A stretch of DNA of 64,000 bases from Felis catus (taxonomy: Eukaryota): contig NC_058368.1 of the NCBI RefSeq assembly GCF_018350175.1, positions 222,892,001 to 222,956,000 of the forward strand. The letters are read 5' to 3'. This document shows positions 24,582-35,596 of the stretch, in pieces (within the stretch, counting starts at the first letter, position 1; each line of letters starts with the position of its first letter). The position numbers and the translations under genes were made by a program. Below the pieces are notes generated by a model that worked only from the letters and a program-made list of their open reading frames with translations, made no database searches and was not told the DNA's origin.

Positions 24582-24790
24582 GAGGGCACCTGGGTGGCTC
24601 AGTTGTTTAAGTTTCTGACTTTTGATTTTGGCTCATGGTTCATGAGTTTGAGCCCCGCTTCAGGCTCTGTGCTGATGGTAAGGCTCTTGCTTGGGATTCT
24701 CTCTCTGCCTCTATCTCTGCCCCTCCCCTGCTCATACTCTATCTCTCATAATAAAAAATAAAACAAAATAAAAGAGAACATTAAAAAATT
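24582..24790 (+). mobile_element. CanSINE (older type)
   Basis: gggcacctgggtggctcag head; TSD aagaa(a/g)aacttct. Confidence 0.93.
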
Positions 24791-24939
24791 AAGAAGAACT
24801 TCTCCGATGAATTAGCTCTTGAACATAAAATAACATATACCAGTATTCTTGCCTGTTATTCCTTTGAAGAGGTTTTCAAATAACCCATATAAATGAATTG
24901 TAGTATGTTGTTCGCTGGCCTCAGCCTATCAATAACCAA

Positions 24940-25024
24940 TGTTGTGGTTGGACCTGACCCGGTAGTTCCTACAATTGCAAGTCACCCTTCAGTGACAACT
25001 ATCAGGAAACTTTGAAAAAAAACA

Positions 25025-25063
<39 letters not shown>

Positions 25064-25503
25064 AGTTTATTACTTGCAGAACCTGGAAAGTACACAGCGC
25101 ATATGAGGCCACACAGTGAGGTTGCAGGTAGAGAGAGAGGGAGCACATATGTCTGGGGGTCTGCTTTTATTGGGGTCAAGGGTGGGGACCTAGGGTTTCC
25201 GGGGCTTACTCTTTATTGGTAAATTTAAAACAAAACCGTGGGAATTAAAAACAGGGAAGAGAAAAGTTCAAGTGGCCCCATGGCCAGTTAGGTAAATCAA
25301 TCAAGGGTCTACAAAAAAGGAACCTTAGTGTGGGCAAGTGGCCTGGCTCTTTATCTACAGGCCTGTGACCAGCAGTGTGTTCATTTGACAGAGGCTTCTT
25401 TGAAGTGGATGCTTCTTTGAAATGGATGCCTTAGCAACCCAAACTTGAGTCAAGAATTTCCAATACACAGAAGAAAAGAAACAAATGTCAGGGCTACGCT
25501 ACA
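24940..25503 (-). mobile_element. Solo LTR resembling MER76-type ERVL LTR
   Basis: Minus strand begins tgtagcgtagccctgaca, contains caataaaagcagaccccc and gtaataaac, ends ...caaccacaaca. Confidence 0.75.
25025..25064. repeat. (TAAA)n microsatellite inside the LTR
   Basis: Visible run. Confidence 0.95.
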
Positions 25504-26174
25504 AGTAGGTTACAATCTATGTGCTATCCCTGAGAATTAATTTGATGCACTATGGCTATGGAACAGAATGCAGTTCACTGACCCCAAATGTGACTTGACT
25601 TCTAATTCATACACTGTTATGTGAGATTCTATAATAATTAGTCTCTGATAATTGGATTCCTTTAGGTGTTCGTTAAAAATGTTAGTTAAAAATAGAGAAT
25701 TCCCTAGCTCAATCAGCAGGGTCTCAGAGAAAGTCGTTAGCTGGGGAGGTCAAGTCTGTTTGTGGGTCTGATACTAAGGGTTGTAGGTGCAGGACAAAAT
25801 TTAACATTTTCTCAGACCATAAATTGATTAGTTTTAGAGGAGTGATTGACGTATCTCACAAGAAGAATAAGGCTTAACGCACATGGCCATCCTTCCAGAT
25901 TGAGTGGGAAAAAAATAGCTCAACATGTTGATTGATCAGCATGTTTTCCGTCTCTTAGCAAATCTATTATGATAAGACAAAATTATAATTTTAATGATTC
26001 TTAATGGACTCAGAACAAGGACATTAACTGAATAATCTTAATGGAAGATGCTATAAAGGAGTGCGTGTCTGATGTGACTGCCAAAAGGAATACGTATTTC
26101 CAGATCCAAACTACCATTTCTCCTTGCAAGCGTCATAGAAAAGCTGACTTAAAAAATCGTCACACTTCCTTAGA

Positions 26175-27600
26175 GATTGATGTGGATGCTGATCTTTGCA
26201 TGTGACTTTTTTTCCATCTGCATATCTACATTTGGAAAGTGTCTATTCAAACCTTGTGGTCATTGGGAGGGAATGAATTGCTTTTTTGTTGTTGTTCTCT
26301 TATTAACTTTTTTTGAGTTCTTTGCATATTTGTGTACAAATCCTTTTTTAGGGTTATGCTTTGCAAATATTTTCTCCAAATCTATGGTTTATTTTTCCAT
26401 TATATTAAGAATGTCTTCTGAAGAGACATTTTTTAAAAAAAATTTTAAATTAAAATTTTATTTTTTTTTAATTTTGATGAAATCAAAGTTGTAATTTGTT
26501 CTTTTTTTAAAGTAAAGTATATTATTTTTCAACATTTATTTTTGAGTGACAGAGAGAGCTCAAACAGGGGAGAGGCAGAGAGAGGGGGGACAGAAGATCA
26601 AAAGCAGGCTCTGTGCTGACAGCAAACAGCCCCATGTGGGGCTCAAACTCAGGAACAATGAGATCATGACCTGAGCCAATATCAGATGCTTAAATGACTG
26701 AGCTACTCAGGCTCCCCTAAATTTATTATTTTATAGATTGTTTTGTTAGCGCTGTACCTAAGATGCATACATACATGCATTTATAACCAAAGGTCATAAT
26801 AGTTTTCTATGATTTTTTTCTTCTGGAAATGTTACACATTTAGCATTTACCTATATTTTATAAGTGCATTTTGAATTAATTTTTGTATACAGTTCATGGT
26901 GTGGAATGACATCCCTTTTTAAATGAATATTCAGATGTTTTTGTATATTCAAATAATTTTGTATTTCCATGTAATCTTTAGAATCATTTTGTCAATTTCT
27001 ACAAAAAAAGAAACCTACTGGAGTTTTGACTGCTACAAATCTATAGATAAATCTGAAAAAGTTGATATCTTACAAATACTGAGTCTTTTTACAAATAATC
27101 ACAGTATATCTCTCCATTTACTTAACATTTCAACTTTTCACAGCAATGTTTATAGCTTTTATTGTAAAAGCCATTCACATCATCGTAATTTTCCCAAAGT
27201 ATTTCAAAATTTTGATGCTATAGTCAATGGTATTTCATTTTTTTTTCATTTTCAGTTTCAACTATGCATAACTAGAATGTATAATATGATTCATATTTAC
27301 AGGTTAATCTTATGTTTTACAAAGTTGCTAAACTTGCTGACTAGTTTCTGTAGCACTCCATATCATTTTTTTCTACAAAGAAAATCACGCCATTTACAAA
27401 TAAACACAATTCTATTTCTTTCTTTCCAATGTGGGTGATTTGTTTATTTCTCTTGCCTTATTTTACTAACTCGAATCTGTAGGGCAATTTTGAATAAAAG
27501 CAGTGAATGCAGGCATCCATGCCTTACCTGCGATTTTAATAGGAAGGTATTCAGCCTTTCACCATAATAGGTTGTAGGTATTCTTCTTTATTCCTCTTAT
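26175..27600 (-). mobile_element. Old L1 (L1M) ORF2-region fragment, decayed
   Basis: Antisense L1 motifs tttggaaagtgtctattcaaa, tttgcaaatattttctcc, gtatatctctccatttac and ttcagcctttcacca. Confidence 0.85.
26503..26717 (-). mobile_element. CanSINE inserted in L1
   Basis: gagatcatgacctgagcc...caggctcccc. Confidence 0.92.
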
Positions 27601-27639
27601 CCCAAATGCACACATGCAGTGTTCTGGATTAGAGATAGA

Positions 27640-28024
27640 AGTATTAATTTTCTAACTCTGCCATGATAAGTTACCACACGAGGTAACTTAACAGAACTTT
27701 AGTTTCTCACAGTTCTAAGAGCTACAAGTTCAAAACCAGGATGTCAGCAGGGCTATTATTTCTCTGAGAACTCTAGGGAACAATTGGTTTCATGATTTTC
27801 TCTTACTTTCTGGGGTTGCTAGAACTCTTGGGGTTACTTGGCTTATAGACACATCACTGCACATGTCTGCCTCCTTAGTCACATGGCACTATTGATGTTG
27901 TCTCCATCTCTGTCTCTCTTTTGTTATAAAGACACCAGCCATATTGGTATAGAGCCCAACCTAATAACTGCATTTTAACTGGGTGTTAGGACTTCAGCCT
28001 CTTTGACATAGTTCAACGTAAAAC
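27640..28024 (-). mobile_element. MaLR LTR (MLT1B/C-like)
   Basis: tctcacagttctaagagctacaagttcaaaaccaggatgtcagcagggc and ataaagacaccagccatattgg are reverse MLT1 motifs. Confidence 0.85.
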
Positions 28025-28274
28025 AGCTGACTTCTACATATGTTTAATTTAATCCATTTTATATGTAATATCCTAGTGTCATTTGAAGTTCACACTATTT
28101 CCATGTTTAGGTGTCCATTGTGGTAGTCTCCTATTTACTGACCGCATTAATAATAGACACCTGATACCCTAAGCTGTTGGATAAGCCAACAGATACTAAC
28201 ACTGTATCCATAACAATTATATGCATTATTTTTGACTTCCACTATGACTTGTTTAAGTTCTTTTTCTTCTCATG

Positions 28275-28540
28275 ATTTGAGAATTTTGAAATTTCACATA
28301 AAAACTAGATGTCATGTTAAACTTGAAATATCAGTGACTGGGCAACAGTGTTCTTCATTACCTCATTGCATCATCGATCAATTCATTTAAAGCAGTAATG
28401 ACTGGGCCATTCAGTCTATAATCTGGTCACCAATTTAATATTTTTTCTTACTCATTCATACTGCTTCTTAGACTAAATCTACTTCATTTTCCTATATTAT
28501 CAGCTCCTATCTCATAAGTAGATATTCTTTACTCTAGACT
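28275..28540. mobile_element. MER102-like hAT-Charlie fragment
   Basis: cacataaaaactagat...cttgaaatatcagtgactgggcaacagtg resembles recalled MER102. Confidence 0.45.
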
Positions 28541-29194
28541 CCACTAACCCCATGAGCTATTTGAACAACAAAACAACTTCAAAAAACCGGTATAATAAAT
28601 CCACAAGAACACAAGTCACTTAATCAGGAAGTTTATGTTATATTAATCATTATAGACAACATATTATCTCTCATGGGGTCTATTATGTGCTGAGTGGATA
28701 TGTGTTTATCTGTTCATAAATAAAGCATTAAGTGGTGGCATCTCACATATTAATCACATAACTAACAAGCTCTATCTAGATAAGAACAGTCACAAATACA
28801 ACAGTAGACATGCTGACTTACATTCTATTTCAATATTTGCTTTTCAAACTAAAACGCACTTTTGCACAACCCTCAATGGTTATCGGTATATCATAATTGT
28901 TTGAGTACAAATGCTTAAATCTATTCATTAGCTTATTCTTAGTGTTTGTTCAGTTATATTCACTTGATTTCATTTTCATAGAATTTAATTACCACGGTGA
29001 AAAAAGTTGACGTCAGGTACTCTGCACAAAAATATTTATGGCAGAGTGTAATAGTGGCCATTCATAATTTCTTGGAAATCCTTGCAGTTTTTACATTAGA
29101 ATAATTACTATATGTACTTTAACTTTTGTTTACTTGCTGTATACATTTTGGTGGTTTTAAATGGGGTACAGAATATATGCCAAGGTAGAAAGAT

Positions 29195-29350
29195 GTGGTG
29201 AAAAAATGAGGCTTTCCTATCAGACAGATCTACTGTTATTTGCTAGTGAGCTATCTTTTTAGAATTATTTTACATTCCTGCTTCAGTTTTGTCATTTCTA
29301 TAAGGAAAATAATATTATATGTTTTCTATTATTATTGTAGTATTCCATTT
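29195..29350 (+). mobile_element. MIR fragment
   Basis: tcagacagatct...tgcttcagttttgtcatttctataaggaaaataata. Confidence 0.55.
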
Positions 29351-29594
29351 GACCCTGCCCCAATCAATAGGATCTTATTGCCCTGATGATTTTCTCTTTT
29401 TCTTTGTTTTCATTCCATTGTTCTATTCCAATGTTCTATACTGACTACTTAAAGCATATAGAATGTTATTTCCTCTCACCTAAGAAATTAAAAAGCAAAA
29501 TTGGTCCCCTTCATTGAGATACTATGTAAAAGCCTTTCCTTCATTCAAAGTCATCCCATTTGAAAAAAAGCAAACAACTAAAAATTGTAGTCAT

Positions 29595-29943
29595 TGTCTG
29601 ACTTTATTTGGGCTAATAATAACAAAATACCATACAGACTGGATGGCTTATAAACAACAGAAATTTATTTCTCAAGTTCTGCAGTTTGTAATTCCAAGAT
29701 GAGAGTGTCCATACAGTTGAGTAAGGGCCCTCATCCAGAATACAGACTTCTTGTCAACTCTTGTGACAGAGGATCAAAGGATCTCTCCAGGGTCCTTTGC
29801 ATAAAGACACTAATCCCGTTCCTGAGGGCTCCTCTCTCTTACCTAATCACTTTCCAAAGGCCCCACTTCATAACACTATCATCTTGAGCATTAGGTTTTC
29901 AACACATGGATTTGACAGAGACACAAATGATCAGATCACAGCA
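29595..29943 (-). mobile_element. MLT1A-type MaLR 3' LTR
   Basis: aacaaaataccatacagactggatggcttataaacaacagaaatttatttctca...acctaatcactttccaaaggccccac...tcagatcacagca. Confidence 0.92.
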
Positions 29944-30569
29944 TTCTACCCGTCTCCTGCCCCCACAAATTCGTGTCCTTCTCGCATGCAAAATGCATAT
30001 GTTCTGTCTTAATAGTCCCCAAAATCTTAACTTGTTCTAGCATCAACTCAAAATCCTAAGCCCACCGGGGTGGAAGTTCCTACTTCTGGACACACTGGGG
30101 AGAGGCTACTCCCATAGCTTTGCCGACGATAGCTCTGCTAGGTTGGAGTTTCACGCCTTCAATTCTCCAGTAGGTAGAACTGAACACTAGTGGTTCTGCT
30201 GCTCTGGGGTCAATGAGATAACCCCACTCCTACAGCTCTACTGGACATTGTCCTACTGGGAGCTCTGTACAGTGACCTCAAGACAGCATTTTGCCTGGGT
30301 TTAATGCCTGTGGCTCTCAGGGTCTCCATCTTTAGAAGACTATGTGGAGGTAGCTGCTCACTCAAGGGTCTGCTGGGCAAAGGTCAGATCCCCAAGGCCT
30401 TCGGAGTTGTCTTGGTTGTTGAAATGCAGATGGCATTCCTTTTTTTCTCCAATATCATTGACATAAAGCGTTGCATAAGTTTAAAGTATAGGATGTGTTG
30501 ATATGATTTATATTGCAAAATGATTCCCATAGTGTTACTTAACGCCTTCAACAGTTCATATGACTGCCA

Positions 30570-30571
<2 letters not shown>

Positions 30572-30612
<41 letters not shown>
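30572..30612. repeat. (TG)n microsatellite
   Basis: Visible run. Confidence 0.95.
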
Positions 30613-30615
<3 letters not shown>

Positions 30616-30972
30616 CACACACTAAGAACATTTTAGATTTATTCTCTTAGGAAATTTAAGGTATGAAATATAATATTAATGATACTCACTCTGCTGTACA
30701 TTACATCCTCCCAAATTTATTTATCCTATAACTGGAAGTTGATACCTTTTGACCAAATTGCCCCATTTCTCCCAACCCCTAGCCCTTGGAAATCATCATT
30801 GTACTCTCTGTTTCTATGAGTTTGGTTGTTTGATATTTCGCATATACATACATGGTATCATACGATATTTGTCTTTTTTTTATCTGACTTATTTCACTTA
30901 GCATAATGCCCTCAAGATTTACTCAAGCTGTTGAAAATGGCAGTGTTTCTTTCTTTCTCGATGGCTGAATAA

Positions 30973-30974
<2 letters not shown>

Positions 30975-31018
<44 letters not shown>
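30975..31018. repeat. (TG)n(CG)n microsatellite
   Basis: Visible alternating purine-pyrimidine run. Confidence 0.95.
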
Positions 31019-31492
31019 ACCACATCTTCTTTATCTATTCACCTGTTGATGAACATTGAGGTTGTTTCCATATCTTGAATATTGTGAATAATACTGCAAC
31101 TTGAGAGGATCCTGGTGGTGTAGGTACCTCTTTGAGATCTTCTTTAAATTTTTTTAGGGGGATATATACCCACAGAATTGTTGGATCGTATGGTAGTTCT
31201 ATTTTTAATCTGTGGGAAATCACTGTACTGTTTCCATGGTGACTGAACCAATTTCCATTTCCACCAATAGTGGGCAAGGGTTCGACTTCTCCTAAACTTG
31301 GCCAACACTTTTTTATATTTTGTCTTTTTGGGCATAGCCATTCTCTTCTCACAGGTGTGAGGTGATATCGCATTGTGGTTTTTATTTGCATTTCCCTGAT
31401 GAATTATTAGCATTGAGTACCTTTTAATGAAACTGCTGGCTATTTTATGTGTTCTTTGGAAAAATGCCTATTCAGTTTTCTGCCCACTTTTT

Positions 31493-31524
31493 TAAAGTTT
31501 ATTTATTTTGAGAGAAAGCGAGAA

Positions 31525-31583
<59 letters not shown>

Positions 31584-31736
31584 CGGGATGGAGCGGAAAG
31601 AGAGGGAGAGAAAGAATCCCAAGCGGGATCTGTGCTGTCAGCCTAATGTGGGGCTCGATCTCATGACCACGAGATTATGACTGGAGCCAAATTCAAGGGT
31701 TGGACACTTAACCAACTGAACCACCCAGGTGCCTGA
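31493..31736 (-). mobile_element. CanSINE (older type) in L1, with expanded (GA)n
   Basis: Reverse head ccacccaggtgcc; flanks tctgccca(c/t)tttt. Confidence 0.93.
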
Positions 31737-31749
31737 TCTGCCCATTTTT

Positions 31750-31971
31750 TTCATTATTTTTAATTTTTTTAAAGGTTTTATTTATTTTTGAGACAGGAAG
31801 AGACAGCATGAGCAGGGGAGGGTCAGAGAGAGGGAGACACAGAATCTGAAACAGGCTCCAGGCTCTGAGCTGTCAGCACAGAGCCCCACGCGGGGCTCGA
31901 ACTCACGGATCGCGAGATCATGACCTGAGCCGAAGTCCACCGCTAAACCGACTGAGCCACCCAGGCACCCC
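31750..31971 (-). mobile_element. CanSINE (younger) in L1
   Basis: 16-bp TSD tgatctgcccattttt at 31734-31749 and 31972-31987. Confidence 0.96.
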
Positions 31972-32977
31972 TGATCTGCCCATTTTTAAATTGAAATATT
32001 TGGTTTTTGTTATTGTCATTGAGTTATATGAGGTTATTATATATTTTGTATATTAACGCTTTATCAGAAATACTATTTGCAAATATTTTCTTCCATCCCA
32101 TAGATTGCTTTTTCATTTTGTTCATTATTTATTTTGCTATGAAGAAACTTTGAAACTGAGGAGGCAGCCCTTATAATCTCTGAATCACTTTTGGGATTCT
32201 TCTTCTCTAGACTTGAATAACACACATTTAGAGTGGAAAAGCTCTATAAACCCATCCTGAAAATCTAAGTCAGACAATATTCCTGTCCCTCCCCTTTTAG
32301 TTCTAAAGAGCTGTGTTCATGTTGAAGTGGTTGATTAAGTCCCTGGTTCACATCCAAACTAATATCCTTACCAAATGGCCACTTAGTCACCTTACTCTTT
32401 TCTTTCTAACATGCTTGTCCATTTTTTTGCAATATAGATAAGCTGAGAATATTTAAATATTTTAAGTTCTGCCTATCTTTTGGTTAATAATTCTATCTTT
32501 AGGTCATTTCTTTCTTCTTGCATTTTTACTAGAACTTTTCATGAGAAGCCAACCCACACCTTCAACACTTTGCTTAGATACTTCTTCAGGCACATATCCC
32601 AATTTAATCGCTAGAATTCTACCTTCCACAAAACACTAGGATATAGATCCAAATGAGCCAAATTGTTGCCACTTTGTAACAAGGGTGTGCTTCCTTCACT
32701 GTCAAATAACATGTCTTCGTTTCCATCCGAGACCTCACCGGAATGAACTTTCCCATATATATTTCTACCAATGTTCAGTTCAAGATCACATAGGTATTCT
32801 CTGACAAGACTAAGGCTTTTTCCCCAGTTCTCCTCTTTTTCTTCTCAAAAATTCTCATCAACATTGCCTTTAAAATCCTTTCATGGCAATGTAAACATTT
32901 TGTTGCACGTACCTCCACAAACTCTTCTAGCCTCCACCCATTACTCAGTTCCAAAGTTGTTTCCACATTTTAAGGTA

Positions 32978-33642
32978 CAGGTGTACCTTGAAGATACTGT
33001 TGATTGGGTTCCAGATCACCAAAACAAAGGGAATAGGATAATAAAGTGAGTCAAATGAATGTTTTGTTTTCCCAGTACGTATACAAGTTATATTTACACT
33101 ATACTCTATTAAATATGCAGTAACATTATGTCTAAAATATACAATGTGTATATGTTAACTGAAGAATATTTTATTACTAAAATATGCTAACTCTCATGTG
33201 AGCTTTCAGTGCGTTGTAATCACAGATCACAGATCACTGTAAAAAATTCAAAAATAATGAAAAAGTTTGAAAGACTGCAAGAATTATCAAAATGTGACAC
33301 AGAGACACAAAGTAAGCAAATGTTTTGGAAAAGTGATGCTGAGACATGTGCTCAACACAGGGTTGCCACAGACCTCAATTTGTTACAACAACAACAAACA
33401 AGGGACACCCGGGTGGCTCAGTTGGTTTAGCATCTGACTTTCACTCAGGTCATGATCTCATGGTTCCTGGGTTTGAGCCCTGTGTGGTGCACCACACTGG
33501 TGGTGCAGAGCCTGCTTGGGATTCTCTCTCACCCACTCTCTCTGCCCCTCCCCCACTCACACATTCTCTCTTGCTCAAAATAAATAAATAAACTTAAAAA
33601 AAACGCAGTATCTGCAAAGCACAATAAAACCAGGTCTGCTTG
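32978..33642 (-). mobile_element. Internally deleted Tigger1 derivative (Tigger1a_Car-like; TcMar)
   Basis: Both Tigger1 ends present (caggtgtaccttgaagatactg... and ...cacaataaaaccaggtctgcttg); TA duplicated at 32976-32977 and 33643-33644. Confidence 0.9.
33402..33603 (+). mobile_element. CanSINE inserted in Tigger
   Basis: gggacacccgggtggctcag head, aaaataaataaataaac tail. Confidence 0.94.
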
Positions 33643-33683
33643 TATTTGTTGCAGTGGCACCTCGACTTCTCAGTACAATCTTT

Positions 33684-33735
33684 TGGTCTTGACCAATTTA
33701 TCATGCTGAAATATACCACAGCCTGGTGACTTCTA
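33684..33735 (-). mobile_element. Remnant of the MLT1A 5' LTR
   Basis: tggtcttgaccaattt...atataccacagcctgg resembles the start of the 29595 LTR and directly follows internal sequence. Confidence 0.65.
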
Positions 33736-33956
33736 TATGAGTATATTGTGATTTCCTTCCGGCTCTAACCATGTCACTCATTTTTTTTCTGTCATCTTTT
33801 ATTAATAAAATTCTTTTAATTATATAAGACAAAAGTTTGAAAGATAGTCATAGAAGTCTTCCAGCTAAGTATGTTTACTTAGTCTTACATATTGTACCCC
33901 TAAATATGGCTCAAAGATATCTTCCTGCCTTTCTATCTAATTCATTGAAACCATTT

Positions 33957-34003
33957 CCCTCCTCCTCCTCCTCCTCCTCCTCCTCCTCCTCCTCCTCCTC
34001 CTC
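33957..34003. repeat. (CCT)n trinucleotide repeat
   Basis: Visible run; source of the poly-Ser in ORF 33837-34289. Confidence 0.96.
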
Positions 34004-35397
34004 CCAAGACATCCACTCCAGCTCCATATTCATTCCACATATTTTGTTTCATATAATCTCATGCATCTCTTCTGTACCTGATTTCCCTGGGAAATCTGAA
34101 ATAAACGTATTTTCATTCTTAATGCTTCTTCTGTCAAAGAGAAATAATCTACGTTTAATCAATTGCAAAACTGAACATCTGTTCTTAAGAAGTTTTCCTA
34201 GGCTGTTTGGTTTTCTTTCCAAAAAAAAAAAAAAAGAAAACAAGAAAAAGAATGAAAGAAAGAAAAAAAAAATCAATGAACATAATTAGTATTCATACAG
34301 AAAAATATAACTTCATCTACTTTTCTTGGATATTTTTTTCTCTTGGGTTTTAAGAGTACCATTCTATTAATGAAGAACTTTTCTTTCTATATATTAACAA
34401 CAACAACAACAACAAAAAGACACAAATAAATGAAACAAAAAAAAAAAAGAAAAAATGCCTTTGTTTAGAAATATCAGCTCTATTAGGGACATGGTTAGAG
34501 AAAAAGGCGTAAGAATTAAGGAGGCGTTATAAAATAAATGTAATTTCAAAGTTGCCTGTTTATTATCAAATGTGAATGACTGATATTGTGTTTTTTTAAG
34601 GTGAATTTTGGGTAATGACAACATTTGTTCAGATCGAACTGGGTTTATTTCGATCCTGTTTTCAAGGCACAACAGGTTTCTCTTTTGGCGCTCTCTGAAT
34701 ATATCCTGATATCAATCTTCTTTTCTTCAAATCTTTCTTCTTGCTAGCAAATCATTCTTGGGAGAACTCGACATCCCAATAGATTTGTCAACCATCGAAA
34801 TGGGGAATTTAGCCTCTGCCTGATGAATATCTAAGTTCCTTTCCCTGCTGAGCATACAAATCCCCCCCTGTCTGTCAAAGAAGCACTCCTTGTGTGTCAC
34901 TGTAAAACCACCCTTTTTTAATACCAAATATTTTGAAATTTAAAAATATAGGGCTCAGGCTATTATGCATGAGTTTTTTAAGAATAGTTAATTATTAAAT
35001 AATGAATTGCGTCATTCAGAAAACTTGAGATAGCTAACAACAACTCCCTATTTTATAGTATTTCTTTTCATGTCTCTTTTTTGATATGTTATATAGATAA
35101 TTAAAATAGGCATATTACCATTTGACAACTTTACAGCATCCAAGAAAGATCAAAGTCTTCCTTCTAGAGTTAGCATAATAAAGGATAGCAAGAATTTTTA
35201 TATTACACTGATACATGCATTTTTAAATTAAGCATTTTCATACTTAACTCATATCTGCCTTTCTCTTTGAAGGCATCATTCACAACTAAAAAAAAATATT
35301 TGCTGAAATGATCATATATTGTTATGTTTACATTTATAATTTTTCAGCCTGAAAACAATTTTAAAGCACTTTTTGATTAAGAACTTCTGAGGACTCA

Positions 35398-35596
35398 GGG
35401 TACCTGTGTGGCTCAGTAAGATAAGCATCAGACTCTTGATTTCTGCTCAGGTTGGATCTCAAACTTCTTGAGTTCGAGCCCCACGTCTGGCTCTGGGCTG
35501 AAAGTTCAGAGCTTGTTTGGATTTTCTCTCTTCCTCTGTCTCCCTGCCTTTTCCCCACAATCTCTCTCAAAATAAATAAATAAACTTAAAAAAAAA
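35398..35596 (+). mobile_element. CanSINE (older type)
   Basis: TSD aagaacttctgaggactca / aagaacctctgatgattca; B box gagttcgagcccc. Confidence 0.93.

Larger units (their letters stand above)
30440..32150 (-). mobile_element. L1MA9-like LINE-1 3' end (3' UTR plus ORF2 C-terminal remnant)
   Basis: Antisense 3' UTR tgctgtacattacatcc...tataactggaagtt; ORF 31035-31391 MQIKTTMRYHLTPVR...LKIELPYDP matches the L1 ORF2 C-terminus but is degenerate. Confidence 0.93.
29944..33683 (-). mobile_element. MLT1A internal region, split by later insertions
   Basis: Polypurine tract abuts the LTR at about 29944-29964; internal sequence resumes at about 32151-32977 and 33643-33683. Confidence 0.85.

Noticed and set aside
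26923..27438. 171-aa plus-strand ORF
   Set aside because: Lies antisense within a decayed L1 and has compositionally biased, unrecognisable sequence
31035..31413. ORFs with L1 ORF2 C-terminal similarity
   Set aside because: Frameshifted fragment of a truncated old L1, not a functional CDS
33837..34289. 150-aa ORF with poly-Ser and poly-Lys
   Set aside because: Produced by (CCT)n and A-rich runs
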